Under the pieces are notes generated by a model. That model was not told the DNA's origin. It did not search any database and saw only the letters and a list, made by a program, of their open reading frames with translations. A stretch of 62,089 nt of DNA, the filler included, from Collodictyon triciliatum (Eukaryota): NCBI GenBank assembly GCA_043381765.1. It is 4 parts of 4 records of this genome, joined end to end, with 100 filler letters (N's around TTAATTAATTAA, not from the genome) between each part and the next. Parts side by side here need not be neighbours in the genome. Positions count along the whole stretch, not along the records: positions 50,659 to 62,089 come from JBHJMP010000917.1; 3 more parts are not named here. One strand, 5' to 3'. Below, one piece after another: positions 60,001 through 62,089 of this stretch. Position 1 is the stretch's first letter, and every line of letters starts with the position of its first letter. A program made the position numbers and the translations under genes.

Positions 60001-62089
60001 CCTGTAAGTACAATCATATTCCTCTTTCGGTGCGCTATGAACTCTAGAATTAAATGTTATTGCATACGGAGCCAAATACTTTCATCATTTTGATTAAGTA
60101 AGGGACTTATCACTCCAATAAAAGGGCCCAGCGGTTTACATCGCCCCTTTTGAATCGGTTGTTCAGGAGAGATTTGTGGACTGGCAGGTCGATATCTTGA
60201 TTTTATAAACTGTATTTATGAAAACATCGTTCAACAAGCTCTGATGTAATATGCCTCCAACAACCACAGGAAAAATTTGGTGTCAAGCTCAATAAAGTGG
60301 TGGTGAAGCTCACAGGAGAAATCAACTCTGATTATAAGCTATTGTAAATTCTTTTTTTGTTTGTTTGTTTGTTTGTTTGTTTCTCTTCAAAATCAGGACA
60401 TACTATGATGATTGAATATTTCTATATTCCGCCATATCATAGCGTTCACGCTTTAAATATCATAGGGAAAGCTCTGATATTGCCCTTGCTACCCCAGAGG
60501 TCTGGGACTTGTTGTCTCGCAAGTGGAAGACCAAGAAGGAGATAGAATCAGTATCTTTGTTCATCATCGACGAGGTAATTCACTATTCCTTCGTTGGCAT
60601 ATTCATCCAATCATTTCTTCACATTTCCCCTGGGTGTCTATATCCAACCATATTTTTTTCGGTTTCTTTTCAGTTTATTCGGCATGATTGAGAAGAGCTT
60701 AATGGAGAATTATATCCAACCATTTCAATCATGTCCATTTATTACCTAGTTGCATATGATTGGCGGGCAAAATGGACACGTCATCGAATTTTGCACGTCG
60801 AGAATGCGATACATCGCGACTCACTCCAAGAAGCCCATCAGGTATCATTTCCTTTCAACTATTTACTATATATATATATACTGCGTCATGGATTAAGCTG
60901 AACAATAACAAAATTCTCTCCAATAACCAAAATCGCACACCATGGGTGTTGTTGGCCAGTAACTTCTTTGTTTAAACCCATTACCATCTCTCTTAATGGT
61001 AGACTTGTCGGACTATCGGCATCACTTACGAATGCACGCGACCTCGGAGATTGGCTCGGAGTCACATCACACAGCCTGTTTAATTTCCAACCCACCGTGC
61101 GTCCTGTACCACTGGAAATTCACATTCAGGGCTTCGATATCCCACACAATGCCACCAGACTTTTAGCCATGAGCAAGCCGACATACCTTGCCATCCGACG
61201 CCATTCACCTGACAAGCCTGTCATTGTGTTCGTATCATCTCGCAAACAGGTACACCATTCCATCCACACAATCCGTGAGACAAGTAAACGAGCCGTACAC
61301 TATGCCTCATCGACTTTGATACACAAGTCAAAGAAAAACATAAGCGACGGTCCGCATCGAAAGATACTTATGAAATAATATCCTCCTTCATATTTGCGTC
61401 TTTTAAAAGCCTGTTAAAAGTGTAAATAAATCAATCAAGGCTGCCGAAACTGCGGTGGAATTGATGACACATGCAACAGCAGATGAGCGTCCAAAGCAGT
61501 TCCTCCACTGTAGCGAGGCCGACATCGAACCGCATCTGGAGCGCATTCGAGACGAAACACTGCGCTTCGCCCTTATGTCAGGCATAGGCTACCTGCACGA
61601 CGGCCTCACAGAAACTGAGAGAGGCAGAGTAGAGGCTCTCTACGAAGCCGGGGCCATCCAAATCCTTGTTGTGGCTCACTCACTAACTTGGGGGCTCGTT
61701 CCTTCTGCCCATTTGGTCATTATCCTTGATACCCAATACTACATTGGGAAAGAGCACAGGTTACTTCCTATGAGCCATTGGTTCCATTCCTACTTTTTTT
61801 TTTTAAATTAATAATAACATATTAGACATCCTATAATCTATGATTTTTTTGGGGTTGAGTATTCACGCAATTTATCACGGTAGATATGCAGATTACCCGG
61901 TTACTGATATTCTTCAAATGATGGGAAAGGCCAGCAGACCGCCACTTGACTCAAGGCAAGCAAAAATACCCACTCATTAATTTTTACATTCATATTATTT
62001 GAATTCATTTAATGAGACAAGTTCCCCCCCCCCCCCCCCCCCCCCCCCCTTTTCTTTCGCCTTGTATCTTTGTTTTTCGTACAGTATTT
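51052..62089 (+). CDS. SNRNP200: U5 snRNP 200 kDa helicase Brr2 (partial; continues past the window), about 40 introns
   Basis: [93 protein letters not shown], Sec63 block, second cassette APPGSGKT and [12 protein letters not shown]. Confidence 0.97.
55514..55576. repeat. (CCTAAT)n hexamer repeat, intronic
   Basis: About 10 tandem units; reverse complement is (TTAGGA)n. Confidence 0.9.
56077..56126 (+). mobile_element. Minimal family A insertion with 18-bp TSD
   Basis: ATCTTAGAGTTGCTTGAC and ATCCTAGAGTTGCTTGTC flank GAATAAAGAAAAAA. Confidence 0.6.
60639..60723 (-). mobile_element. 59-bp A-tailed insertion with 13-bp TSD
   Basis: TATATCCAACCAT at 60639-60651 and 60711-60723; insert on minus strand ends CCGAATAAACTGAAAAGAAACCGAAAAAAA. 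Confidence 0.6.

Overview
Intron-rich, AT-rich eukaryotic (protist-like) nuclear DNA. The window is at least four scaffolds joined by artificial N-TTAATTAATTAA-N spacers (19588, 32504, 50603), so adjacency across these points is not real. Genes were reconstructed by manual splicing: a partial coiled-coil gene, an SDR oxidoreductase, a TSNAXIP1-like protein, a single-LIM protein, a mitochondrial-type YchF/OLA1, an R2R3 Myb, an extended CEP19, an m-AAA protease (AFG3L2/paraplegin family), a divergent PHO80-type cyclin, mitochondrial L7/L12, an anoctamin, a PkbR1-like AGC kinase, a bacterial-type G3P dehydrogenase and Brr2/SNRNP200 (partial). The main unexplained signals are: (1) about nine ultra-short (14-80 bp) A-tailed insertions flanked by 12-18 bp target-site duplications, with a shared GAATCGAATAAA stem-loop end in the largest family; (2) an in-frame TGA at a conserved Trp position of the otherwise intact m-AAA protease; (3) unusual splice signals, including GC-AG introns, A-rich acceptors and one U12-like donor. 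All calls come from reading by eye; no database searches were run.
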